NCBI RefSeq assembly: GCF_009914755.1
Contig: NC_060930.1
Length of the DNA: 64,000 nucleotides
Reading direction: 5' to 3' (one strand)
Source: the human T2T-CHM13v2.0 reference genome, Homo sapiens
Shown here: piece after piece, positions 1 to 11,279 of the stretch
Layout: every line of letters begins with the position of its first letter
How positions within the stretch are numbered: the stretch's first letter is position 1
Translations under genes and position numbers: made by a program
Notes under the pieces: generated by a model
The model's database searches: none
The model's input: the letters and a program-made list of their open reading frames with translations, nothing else
Told to the model about the DNA's origin: nothing

Positions 1-1517
1 TTTATTTCAGGCTACTTTCTAAAAAATGAGAGCCCTAGTTCCAAATATACATTGCACATAAGGAATTTCTTATAATGCTTCCAAATGGAAAAGGCTAGAA
101 AAAGTGTTTCAAGTTGTTCTGTATTCTCCTCAAAAAAAAGTTTGGATAAATAAACCAGCACCTACATGTTAGATTTCTTGTAGTTTTTCCGTGAGTTTTT
201 AAAGACAGACTATCTGTCCTCTTCTCCCCATTGTTTAGTCCGTATGTGCTCAATCAAGGATTATAAAAGTAATTTTAACACAGAATCCAGCAAACACAAT
301 TAAGTAAATATACTATGAAAAAAAAATCACAACAAGCATCTCAGCTAGTTATTAATTTTGTGCTTAGCCCCTGGTTTGGATTGCCTCGGCCCCAAGTTCC
401 CAGAACAGAATAGAAAGTGGTTAATCAGCGCATTGCCAACATCAAGAATCAAACCCACATCTAGCCAGTGATAGAAGGTTCAATTTCTTTATGCCTTGAA
501 TCCACGTGGCCCTGGGACTCCACCAGATCAGTGGCTGAGGACCCACCCATCTTCAGGGTCTTGATACACATGTTCTTCATCAAGAAGCATCAGAAACCCC
601 AATGAATCAGAAACTAATCAAAATAAACTGATGGAACTTGGAGGTTTGAAAGCTTCTGCCCAGAGAGTAAGAAGATGGGAGTGGGGGAGGCCATCTAGTG
701 ATAAACTAGGTTAAGAATCACAAGGCCCAGAGTCTTAGTCTTGTTCTAATATTAATTAGCAGTCTGTTTCTTCCCAGCAAAGCAAAATAATTGGGTTGGT
801 CTGGGATAGTCTCAGCAGTATCTTCTAGCTTCAAAAGTGCACGTGTTGGGAATTACAAGTGAATGCTATGAGTTTAGCAACCTGCTTGACGCCTCCTAAA
901 TGTAATGCATTTATGTGTCATCTGTTCGTTTTGATCCTCATCTCCAGGAGGTACTTAATTCAGATGTTTTGGTCTATGGAAAACTTTCTATCACTACTCC
1001 TCTCTCTTTAATTGATATTGGTTCTTTCATACCAACATTTACATTGTTTTCCTTGATATTTAGAATGGTTTTATTGCATTTGTAAGTGGAAAAGCAAGGC
1101 ATCGCTAAATGTAAAATTTTCCATTATGGAATTTTCCTTCTAGCAATTAAACATGTTTTTGGGTTAAGTATGGTATAGAAAAGTGATTAAATGCATACGA
1201 AATCGTGTGGGTTATTAGAGATTATTTGGTTGTTTGGGGTATCCTAGGATACATAGTTGTTTTTCCACCAACCCACACATCCTCTATATTCCTAATAAAG
1301 CCTTTGGAATCTGCTGGGCTTTTTAAGGCTCTCACCACTCTCTTTCTATGACTTCACCGTATCATTAAAAATCTAAAGTTATTTAGCATAATTTAATAGT
1401 ATTAGCAAGATTTGTAACCGTATCCAAGGATATGAACTTGTTTGTTGTAACAACCACTTGAGGCAGTCCAAAAGGCCCTTCAAAGAAAGAAACATGCCAT
1501 GTCAAATTTTCAGTAGT

Positions 1518-1523
1518 TTTATT
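1518..1523 (-). terminator. main polyadenylation signal AATAAA
   Basis: tttatt on + strand; GU/U-rich element (catgtttctttctttg) follows downstream on the minus strand. Confidence 0.8.
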
Positions 1524-2365
1524 GAAAAATGCCTCTTTTGTTTCAGAAATAAATAATATAAGGCAGTGAAATTCACAATCTGCAGTTAAAATATAAAAGC
1601 AGCAATTCTATGTTCATAGTCTTGCAAATGTTTTCCAACTACTTTTGATAACTAAGAAATATTATATTCTGAAAAAAGTTCATACTAAATATACAACACA
1701 AACATGCAATTCCCTCTCTGCAGAATAATCTGCAATTTGGTATAAATGTTAGTGTGTCTAAAACAAGGAGGTTTAAGGCAATATGGAACTGTATCCCGTT
1801 GATGCACTAACTTCATCTACATGGCTTAAGGTTTGTGGTTGTTAAAGAGATGTATACGAGCATTCTATGCCCCGGCGTATAACAGAGATAGAAGAGGAAG
1901 ATAAGTAATTGCAATGGAGTTGACGTTTCCCTCCTTTTTGGTTTTAGGAGGGGAATTATTTGAATCGTGGTGTAATTGAATTGAAAATAAGTATAGCAAA
2001 AGATAAACTGCCCGCTCGAAATACACAGCAGCTCTGGGTTCCAGGACTTAACTGCTTAACCTAAGAGTTTCACTGAGGCTGCCCGCTGTGCTAACTAAAG
2101 GCACACGGCATGTTCTCTCTTTGCAGCTTTTGTTAACAAAGTATTTTGCAAGCATTTCAAGGGCAAAGGCAAAAATGTCTACAGACTGCGTGCTTGGAGC
2201 TAGGCTTCCTGCAGAAACAAGGTTCTCTACAATCAGAAAGGGTACTCCTGGATGAGCAACGCTGGAAGAAACACCTCAGAAAAGACGTACACTGCTCTAT
2301 CTGACCTGTAAATGAGAATTTCAACACCTCCCCCAAGCCTCGCGGCGCGGCGCGTGATCTCTGGT

Positions 2366-2541
2366 TCACTGCCCGGGTCCGTGGGGCAGGGCGCGCCGCC
2401 AGCGCCGGTGGGGCTCAGGAGGCTCCTCTGCAGGCTCGTCTGCGCCGTAGTCCTCGTATTCCGCTGTCCGCTCGGGCTCCACCGGCACGATGAAGGGCTC
2501 GCGCTCAGGCAGGTAGGCCCCGCCCTCGGGCACGTAAGGCT
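2366..2541 (-). CDS. COL12A1: alternative terminal coding exon, long NC1 ([10 protein letters not shown]...[14 protein letters not shown], 58 aa)
   Basis: cag|AG acceptor in phase with the exon 65 donor; GC-rich open frame; yields NC1 of 74 aa versus 19 aa, matching the two NC1 splice variants described for mouse collagen XII. Confidence 0.85.
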
Positions 2542-2582
2542 CTGTCCGATTCAACATTACAATTATGGCATGATTTGGAAGG

Positions 2583-2604
2583 CACACACACACACACACA
2601 CACA
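2583..2604. repeat. (CA)11 microsatellite, (UG)11 in the transcript
   Basis: read directly. Confidence 0.97.
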
Positions 2605-3726
2605 GCAAAAGCTAAATCATCACCCGCGGTGATGGCACTCCAGTCTTAATCTCATAACTATAAATAGATAAGTTACAATGTCCCAATTATTTCCAGATAA
2701 TTTGGTGATAATCAAATAATGAAATGGCACTTTCTTAAAAAAAAAAACCTTCAAAAATCCAGCAGTAAACACAATCATTGCACAAATACTTGGGAAGGGT
2801 CAGAGACTGGGCCAAAGAACTGTAAACGCAGTAACTAAGTAGGATTTTCGCAAATCCCCAAGTAACTGTTTATGCCTTCAAACTCCTCAATTCAAAGAAC
2901 AACTTGGAAAGATGAGGAGGTGAGGGGAAGTTTCATTGGCTCCTAGAAACTGAACTCGGGGGGTGAAAAGCAACTATCACCAGGTAATATACAGTACATG
3001 ACATCTTCTGTGGCTGTACCTCACACAAACTGAGTTACAGCTGGTGGGTGAGGAACACCAGTGACTACAGCAAAACAGGAAGAAAAGGTGATTTTAAACT
3101 TTGGTTTGAAAATTGCAGTTACAAAACCCAAATGAGAGGACACGGACAAAAAAGTAACAAAAAGACAGATGCCCTGAATCAGACACATCGCTAACAAGCA
3201 AGAGATGAGGAGATTCCATTTGGTGTTATTCCGGCATAGAGCAAGCGGCAGGCTTTGATGCAGAAGCTTATTGTAGAATTGTTAAGTGATTTTAGTCGAC
3301 AGGATCACATACAAATCATTTACAAGCCACAATTAGTTTATTATTTACATAAGACATTTCTCTTTAACCAGGTTAATTGTTTTTCTTAAAATGGCATAGA
3401 CTCCTCTGGTTAGTAGTTTTATTATGCACCTCTTTCAAAACTGAGGCTCCTCATGGCTGTGTGTTGGAACTTTTTTAAAATAATGTTTTTCTACATTATT
3501 ACTGAAATGCATCAGGATTATAAACTGACACCACTGCTTTTGTCTCATTCAAGTTAGTAAAAAGAGTCTCCACCCTCCTTTGTGATGTCGACCCGGTTCG
3601 TTAACCATTATCTGTGGTGAGATTTCCATACAGACTCATTTCCTAATAAGCACGTGCGCAAACATCTCAGAAACAGGATTTTCATGTATTCAAACTGTAA
3701 GCAGCACTGGCGACTTAGAAAATGTG

Positions 3727-3737
3727 TTAGCCGGAAC
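3727..3737 (-). CDS. COL12A1: exon 66 coding part, short NC1 end (G)SG-stop
   Basis: tttgacctgtttcag|GT TCC GGC TAA. Confidence 0.93.
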
Positions 3738-3828
3738 CTGAAACAGGTCAAAGATGATAGTTTTTAAAAGTTGAATGACTAAGTAAAAAATATAAATACA
3801 CATCCATCTACGTATGTAATGGTTAAAG

Positions 3829-3851
3829 TATATATATATATATATATATAT
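3829..3851. repeat. (TA)n microsatellite
   Basis: read directly. Confidence 0.95.
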
Positions 3852-4753
3852 CCATATATTTTTAGTTATTCTCACATCCCATAAGGAGGTGGTAATTTAA
3901 ATTTATAAAGAATTAAATTGCAATTTTTTGAATGGGTTGCATGGAAATATACATTAAGATTTGTTATTACTTTTGGTCATATGTAATTATGCATATAAAT
4001 ATATAGATATATAGATATTTAGATATTCAACTACTCATGCACTATTTGAAAGTAGCAAATCATATCAAACAGCAGTATAATTTTTTAAATTTGCAAGATG
4101 CTTGAGGGTGCAGTAATGAAATGGTCGCCATTGACCACAGCATGACTATCTTATTTCCAGATTGGCATATCTACCCAGTCCTCACATCCCACAAAATCAA
4201 GTATAGGAGACTTCTGCCCTCTACAATTGTCAAACACTAGAATTTCATTAAAAATCCTTTAAAAACAATTATTAAGTCCCAGATTTTATAAATATTAATT
4301 CCATGGCTAGTATGGGACAGTTAACTATGTTCAGTTGTCTACACCATATTATTACATAGTTTACCCATAAATTAGATTCCCAAAACAATTTTTAAATACA
4401 TATTCTTGGCATTTTACAGTTGTATTTAACAAATCCCTGTTCCCAATCTTGGGGAAAAGAAAAAAAAAAGTCAATTACTAGCATGCTTTGAAGTCCCAAG
4501 AGAAGTAAGGGGAGGTTTATGATGTGATTTGGTAAATGCAGAAACATGGGGAAAAAAGAAAATAATTCAATCCTAACAGTGAAATAATGTTGTGTGCTAT
4601 GATAGCAAACACTATTATTATATAATCAGAACTGAAAGAGTTGTTATCTTCAAGACATCTTCAAATCAGCCTTCCTTCAATCCTAAGGAACTTCATTTCC
4701 GTAAAGTTCTTTACTTCAGGTGAGTTGGGGTTCCTACAATGGCAACAACGTAC

Positions 4754-4924
4754 CTGGATAGCCTTGCCCGTTGTATGGGATGCTGGCACACTGAGAAGAA
4801 TCACAGTATCCAGGAGGACCTGGGGGTCCTCGGATACCTGAGTTTCCAGGACGGCCAGGGGGGCCAGGGGGACCTCTTGAACCTGTGGACCCTGGTGGAC
4901 CTGTTCTGGATTCTCCTTGTGGAC
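4754..4924 (-). CDS. COL12A1: exon 65, end of COL1 and start of NC1 with FACIT C-x4-C (GYCDSSQC...GQGYP)
   Basis: 171 nt, AG/GT, phase 1-1. Confidence 0.96.
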
Positions 4925-5651
4925 CTAGTGTGGAGTTAAAACAAATATATTTCCCCTCTTGTCAAATACAACTCCTGAGGTAGCCACCAATACTTTAAGT
5001 GGCACCTCCACTGTCTCAAAATTAGACAATTTACTATTGTATGGTAAGAAAATGTTTCCTTAAGAAATACCCAATATGAACCAAGGTGTGATGGAACTTT
5101 CTTACCAGTGACTCATCAGAGTTAATGCCAGAAGTATTTTATTCCAGAAAACCTGATTTAGCAAAAATTCAGCCAAACCAGAGATATCAGTGAGTTCTTT
5201 GGTTTGCTCCCACTCTCACAGAGAAAAGAGCACCTGAAGGAAACAGCTCTGTTAAGCAGCTACATTGAGCTGCCATCAAAAGAAGGCAGCGTCTGCTCCA
5301 CACCTCCAGCCTATGCAAAGCAATATTGTTTCTGGATCAATAGTTATAGTTAACATAAATGGAAAGATTTAGCCATAGGGCTGTCCTTGGTTGCAAGGGT
5401 ATCATGTGCCTTATAATGAAAAAAGAAATCATTTACAACCTAGTAAACAAAATGCATCAGACAGACATGTAGTAGTCCTATCCAAAATATAAAAATGCTT
5501 TGGGAGAGCAGTGAATGAAATTTACCAATATCTCAGGCCCTTTTAGTGAGGCTATGTTTTCTCAGTCTAATAGCCCCATATTGAAGACTACTGGAAAAAA
5601 CAGGAAATATAACCATCTTTAAAGTCTATGAGGCCAAAAAAAAAACAAATA

Positions 5652-5697
5652 GGAAGGGAGGAAGGAAGGAAGGAAGGAAAAGGGAAGGAAGGAAGGA
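5652..5697. repeat. (GGAA)n imperfect repeat
   Basis: read directly. Confidence 0.85.
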
Positions 5698-5897
5698 GAC
5701 AGAAAGGGGAAATAGTAACCCTTTGTGTCACTAAAATTCATTTCATCATATATTAATGTTATAGTTAATGCCTAATAGAAACTTTTCATTTTTTTAACAA
5801 AGGGAACATGAAAATGAAGTTATGGAGGTTGAACTTCTTGCTAAAACATATGCCATGGTAATAAGAATGCTTTATGCTATAATAACAGGATGAAGTT

Positions 5898-6269
<372 letters not shown>

Positions 6270-6282
6270 CTAGCAAACCTAC

Positions 6283-6351
6283 CTGGGGGGCCAGGCAGCC
6301 CCCGAGGTCCTGAAGATCCAGTACCCCTTTCACCTTTCTCTCCTGGCAAAC
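6283..6351 (-). CDS. COL12A1: exon 64, COL1 ([23 protein letters not shown])
   Basis: 69 nt, AG/GT, phase 1-1. Confidence 0.95.
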
Positions 6352-7286
6352 CTAAGGAGGGAGAAAAAGAGAAAGCACAGGGGAAAAATTATCTGGAAGC
6401 ATGTAATTTTCATCTTAACTGATAATATTTGATTCAAGTAATTCATTTCCTTAGTGAAAGCAGAACCTAATTTTTCACAGAAGTTCACTCTTTAAGCCAA
6501 GTTCTTTCTAGACATTTGTGTAATTCTAGATTTATGGCCAAGAAAAAATTTGGCTACAAGGCAGGGGAAAAATTATTTGAAGCAAACAAACATGTCTAAT
6601 ATATTTTTAAATAGTAATTAGGAACAGTAATCCTGAAGAAATTGTTATAATATCTCATTGAAAAACATATTAAAGGTATTTTATCTTTAGTAGCCCTATT
6701 AGTACAGCAGCCAAACCAGTAGAATTATAGAAATATGTAGGTTTTCTCTAGAGTATTAAGTACTCCTTTGACAAAAGTGGATACCCAGAATCCTGAAATA
6801 TCTGGAATCAAATAGTCCTGTTTTTCTCCTTTTCCTTCAACTGCAGTTATCTATACCATGAAATTAGAGCCAAACAAACATACAAGACCAGTGCCAGACC
6901 CTGAATAAAGGAACCAAAATAAGTTGGATCTAAAACTCTAGGGCTGCCTAAGAACATTCAGTTGCTGCTCGACTCTTGCCGCAGTCACAGAGAGTAATAA
7001 GATTTGGGTAGCTGATTTAGTTTGCCAAGATAGAGTTTTTCCCATTAAAAACAACAAAAGTCAGAAAATAGCATTATCTTTACTGAGATCTGATAAAAAC
7101 ATACCATTTTTCTAAGACATGGATCTCTATGGCCTATGAGTTGCCTAACAGCTCTTCTGAGGCTGTCCAAACAAGACCAGGGAAAGCAGTTTGCCTAGGT
7201 CACCTTTCAGATGCCTTCAACCTGTCCCAACTCCTACATTTGCAAATTCCTTCCTTTATCCCAATACAGAAGCCAGAAATGCCTAC

Positions 7287-7475
7287 CTCGTTCCCCAGGG
7301 GGTCCCTGCATCCCTGGTGTGCCCGGGAAGCCTGGCCGCCCCCCAGGCCCAGGTTCTCCTCTGGCTCCTGCGCTACCAGGAGGTCCCGGTGGACCCGGCG
7401 GGCCTGGCTGGTTGCGACTGGACTGGTAATCATTTGGAATCTGATTCAGCATCTGATTGAATCTGTTCATCTGAC
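7287..7475 (-). CDS. COL12A1: exon 63, NC2/COL1 ([16 protein letters not shown]...GPPGER)
   Basis: 189 nt, AG/GT, phase 1-1. Confidence 0.96.
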
Positions 7476-7869
7476 CTACAAGCAGAAATAAGGCTTGTTA
7501 GTAAGAAACCCAATAAAGGACGGATGAGAGAGTGAAACTGTTTTCTCTTAGTGTCTAGTGAAATCCATCTCCATTCTGCAACCCCTCTAAGGAAACAATC
7601 TAATTAGAATCCTAAAAATAAAATTAAGACAGTCTAATCATCGAGGACAAAATGGTCCCTGATAAATAACTGTTTCCACAAAATGCTGACCTACAAGCCA
7701 CAAACATTACTACAAATATAAAAGAGTTGTTAAAGTTTAATATGGCTCTGAAATAAAGTCTTGAGATTTACCAGGTGACATCACTCAAAAGAAAACCTTT
7801 TTTATAATTAGATAATTCTACAATTTTTTGTATATCTAAGGCAATGATAATCAGGTTTCAGTGCAAACT

Positions 7870-8033
7870 GGAATTGCCTGTGGGGCACCTTGAAAAATCT
7901 GTATTTCTGGGCCTTATCTCCAAAGTCAATGATTCACTAAGCTTAGGGCATGGTGCAGGAACTCACTTCTAACAAGCAACATAAGTGATTCTAAGGCAGG
8001 TGTTCCTCAGTACCGCACTTTGGAAAACATTGA
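7870..8033. mobile_element. MER5-like hAT-Charlie DNA transposon remnant
   Basis: resembles MER5 consensus by eye. Confidence 0.5.
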
Positions 8034-8499
8034 TTAAGACTTCTCTAAGAGTGAGTTATGGGTTTAAGGCCCACACCAGTCTGCAGGTACTGAGCTTCAT
8101 TACTTAACAGGCCTTATGGAATAAGAAGAGCCTGTGAAAAACAGGCAAGAGAGAGTTTCCTACCAAAATCAACTTTCACTGATCAAATTCATCTTGGTGG
8201 GCCCCCTTCCTTAAGGTCATAAAATGACTTAAAGATCTTAACTTAAAATATCTAATGTCTTAGTACTTAAGTTTACTGCTATTATTTTACCTTGGGTTAT
8301 TATTTTATCTTAGTGACAATCTTTAAAATATCATTAACTTCATCTAATCAGATACAAAACTGACAATGTATAAGAACAAAAGCTTATCAAATGAAATGAA
8401 AGAGAAATCTATCTCTTAGAAACTTCATGACTCAAACTCTGCATTTTCCTGCAATTAATTTTAAAACAATTCATACAGTAAAAAGAAAAGAAATTTTAC

Positions 8500-8566
8500 C
8501 ACTTATCAATTGTTCACAGACTTGTCTTGCAACTGCTCGCATCATGTTCTGGGAAGCAATGTCTCC
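8500..8566 (-). CDS. COL12A1: exon 62, NC2 ([22 protein letters not shown])
   Basis: 67 nt, AG/GT, phase 0-1. Confidence 0.94.
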
Positions 8567-8666
8567 CTTGTTGAATTAATGAGAATGATTAGCATATTAG
8601 TTCTATAGTTTTAGGCTTCAATGTTTAACACACAAAATAAACGTAAGATTTTTTAAAAATACATAC

Positions 8667-8702
8667 CCTATCACCTTTTTCTCCTTTCAACCCAGATGGA
8701 CC
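8667..8702 (-). CDS. COL12A1: exon 61, COL2 (GPSGLKGEKGDR)
   Basis: 36-nt Gly-X-Y exon, AG/GT. Confidence 0.94.
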
Positions 8703-8876
8703 CTGAAAAATATGAATTACATACATTAGAAACTGACAAACATACTCTAAAATGATGCATGAATAGACATAATGATGAACGAGAACAAGTTCTGTTTTCT
8801 AAAGCATTAGCAAAATGACACATCACATTTATATCCATGTTACTCACATTCTGCTTTTCTATAAAAAGGAATCTAA

Positions 8877-8911
<35 letters not shown>
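8877..8911. repeat. (CT)n microsatellite
   Basis: read directly. Confidence 0.92.
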
Positions 8912-9236
8912 GAAGCACATGTCCTCCAAAATAGTGCACAGATGTGAATTTTGTGGTCACAATTGTAAAAGTTATGGACCATGCACACTTTTTACAATGC
9001 AATTCATGATACATATGGAACTAAAATACATATGAAGATTGCCCTTGTACCGCCATACTTTGCTTTATATCATCATAGTTGGTTATCTGAGCTGCTTATT
9101 GTGGAACGTCCATGAGATTAGTCTCCATTCAGTCTCACTAAGAACCAGCAGGCTGTTGTCAGCAGCTTAGCTCAATATATATCCCTTAACTTCATCCAGT
9201 GATTCTTTGTACATTTGAGATAAAAGAAACTGGGTT

Positions 9237-9549
9237 GAAGCTGGAAACCATCATTCTCGGCAAACTATCACAAGAACAGAAAACCAAACACTGCATGTTC
9301 TCACTCATAATTGGGAGTTGAACAATGAGAACACATGGACACAGGGAGGGAAACATCACACAGGCCTGTTGGGGGGTCAGGGGCTAGGGGAGGGATAACA
9401 TTAGGAAATATACCTAATGTAGGTGATGGGTTGATGGGTGCAGCAAACCACCATAGCACGTGTATACCTATGTAACAAACCTGCATATTCTGCACATGTA
9501 CCCCAGAACTTAAAGTATAATAATAAAAATATTCTACAATTAAAAAAAA
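9237..9549 (+). mobile_element. 5'-truncated L1PA 3' end
   Basis: L1PA 3' sequence (catgttctcactcata...cagaacttaaagtataataa) and 15-bp TSD aaaagaaactgggtt. Confidence 0.92.
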
Positions 9550-9779
9550 GAAACTGGGTTTTTCTCTTATTAAATAACTCAATCTGATCCTACATCTAAA
9601 TACAAGCATAGAATATTTGTCCCTACACTGTCATAAGCCTCTCACCATAAGAGATATTGGAAAAGTTTTCCTTAGAGTGCAACAAGTTTTTGTCTTTCAG
9701 TTATATATTTCCAGGCTGCCAACTGCTATCACCGAAGGAACATCTAAATCATTGACAAATCACTTCTCACCATCCCCAT

Positions 9780-10480
9780 GGAAACCACTGCAGTCCAAAC
9801 CAAGACTCTTGCCTGAAACTACTCCAATACCCTCCTAACTGCTCTCCCTTCTCCCCATTTTGCTACATTATAGTCTATTCTCCACACAAAAACCAGAATG
9901 ATATTTTTTAAAGAAAAATTAGATCATGTAACTCCTTTGGCTCTAAGAGCCACCCATCCCATTCCCATCAGATTTAGAGGAAAATAATAATTCCTTATCA
10001 TGGGCTACATGGTCCATATGATCATCTATGCCTAGCTATCTGACCTCATATTTTATCCCTCTCCATTTAACTCCCTTCACTTTGGTACCCAGACCTGTTG
10101 GATGTTCCTTTCACATGTCAGTCTCGTTCCTCAGCCAAGGCTTTCATTCATGCTGTTTCCTCTGCCTGGAACCCTCTTTCCATAGATCAAATAGCTTTCT
10201 CCCTCATTTCATCCCAATGTCACCTTGTCAGAGAGGTTCCTAGATGACTGTATCCAAAATAGCTGCCTTCCCACCAGCACAATCATTCTCTAACCCCTTA
10301 CTCTGTTTCTTCTTCATAACACTCATTATCACGGGAACCTATATTTACATGGTTTTGTCTATATACCCCCCAGAATGTCTATGAAGGCAAGAATTTTGTC
10401 TTGTTTGCTGTTATATCACCTGACCCTAGAACACTGGCTAGCATATTGTAGGCACTAAACAAATATGTGTTTACTAATGA
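9780..10480 (+). mobile_element. L2 3' fragment
   Basis: resembles L2 3' end (gtcttgtttgctg...cctagaacactggc...gtaggcactaaacaaatat). Confidence 0.65.
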
Positions 10481-11229
10481 AGTATTCTATGAACATCTCA
10501 TGGAAACATCTCCTATAGAATATCAGGTACTATAAGTTAGCAAGAAGATATCAACTGATTATAATAGCTAATGACATAAGCTAACAATGATTAAGCCAAG
10601 CTCTCTGCTAAGACCTATATATACCTATATGCTATGTTTGGTTTCATTAATTAGAGGAAGGTAAGATAAAATAGGGAAGAAAAAAAGAGGAAATTTGCTA
10701 CTTTTGAAGGACGAGGAAAATGAAGGAGAAAAGGGGAAGTGCTGGGGTCTAAATAAATGTATACCAAATTATAATTATCGTAAGAAAAACTAGAGTTATC
10801 TATTTCTTTGCCAAAAGTATTGGATTTTTGTGGAAACACATATTGTATTTGGTGCATTTTACAAATGCAGGATTTTTTACATTTACTGCTATTTTGAGAT
10901 TGTTCTGATTTTTTTTAATTTATTGGCACTCTGAGATTGTCCTATTGTTCATGATTTGTAGAAATCATCTTTATTGCCGATATTTAGAGATCATATTTCA
11001 AGTAATAGCTGTAGACATTTCTTTTAGGCTTCTAGCTACAGCCATCAATTATATGAGTAATATTCTTATATAAGACACTACTGAGGTCATAGTAAAACAA
11101 AATGAAATGCTGAATGGGTAGAAAAGTTTCATATACTTATAATTGCACTTGCAAAGTTTCTACCATGATCCATTGAGGAAAAGAGAGTACTAAAGTCACA
11201 TGCTAGGGTACACGCAGTTTTTAAAGTAT

Positions 11230-11279
11230 TTAGGTTGGTGCAAACGTAATTATGGTTTTTGTCATTCTTTTTAACCTAA
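11230..11279. mobile_element. MADE1 (Hsmar1 MITE), internally deleted
   Basis: ttaggttggtgcaaa.gtaatt..ggttttt left arm, aacctaa end, followed by TA. Confidence 0.8.

Larger units (their letters stand above)
1500..3726 (-). other. COL12A1: 3'UTR of the short-NC1 mRNA
   Basis: from the TAA stop to the inferred cleavage site ~20 nt after the AATAAA at 1518-1523. Confidence 0.8.

Noticed and set aside
1-1490. Region downstream of the gene, including a further AATAAA at 1070-1075 on the minus strand
   Set aside because: No gene features; a lone hexamer in AT-rich DNA is insufficient without 3'-end data
2544-2608. N-terminal part (MLCVCVCVC...) of the 80-aa ORF as an independent small protein
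   Set aside because: Translation of the TG microsatellite from a non-ATG start; the real frame enters through the splice acceptor at 2541
2312-2632. 106-aa plus-strand ORF
   Set aside because: Antisense shadow of the GC-rich long-NC1 exon plus the CA repeat; no independent support
7129-7491. Several overlapping ORFs, some Gly/Pro-rich, on both strands
   Set aside because: Alternative-frame and antisense shadows of collagen exon 63
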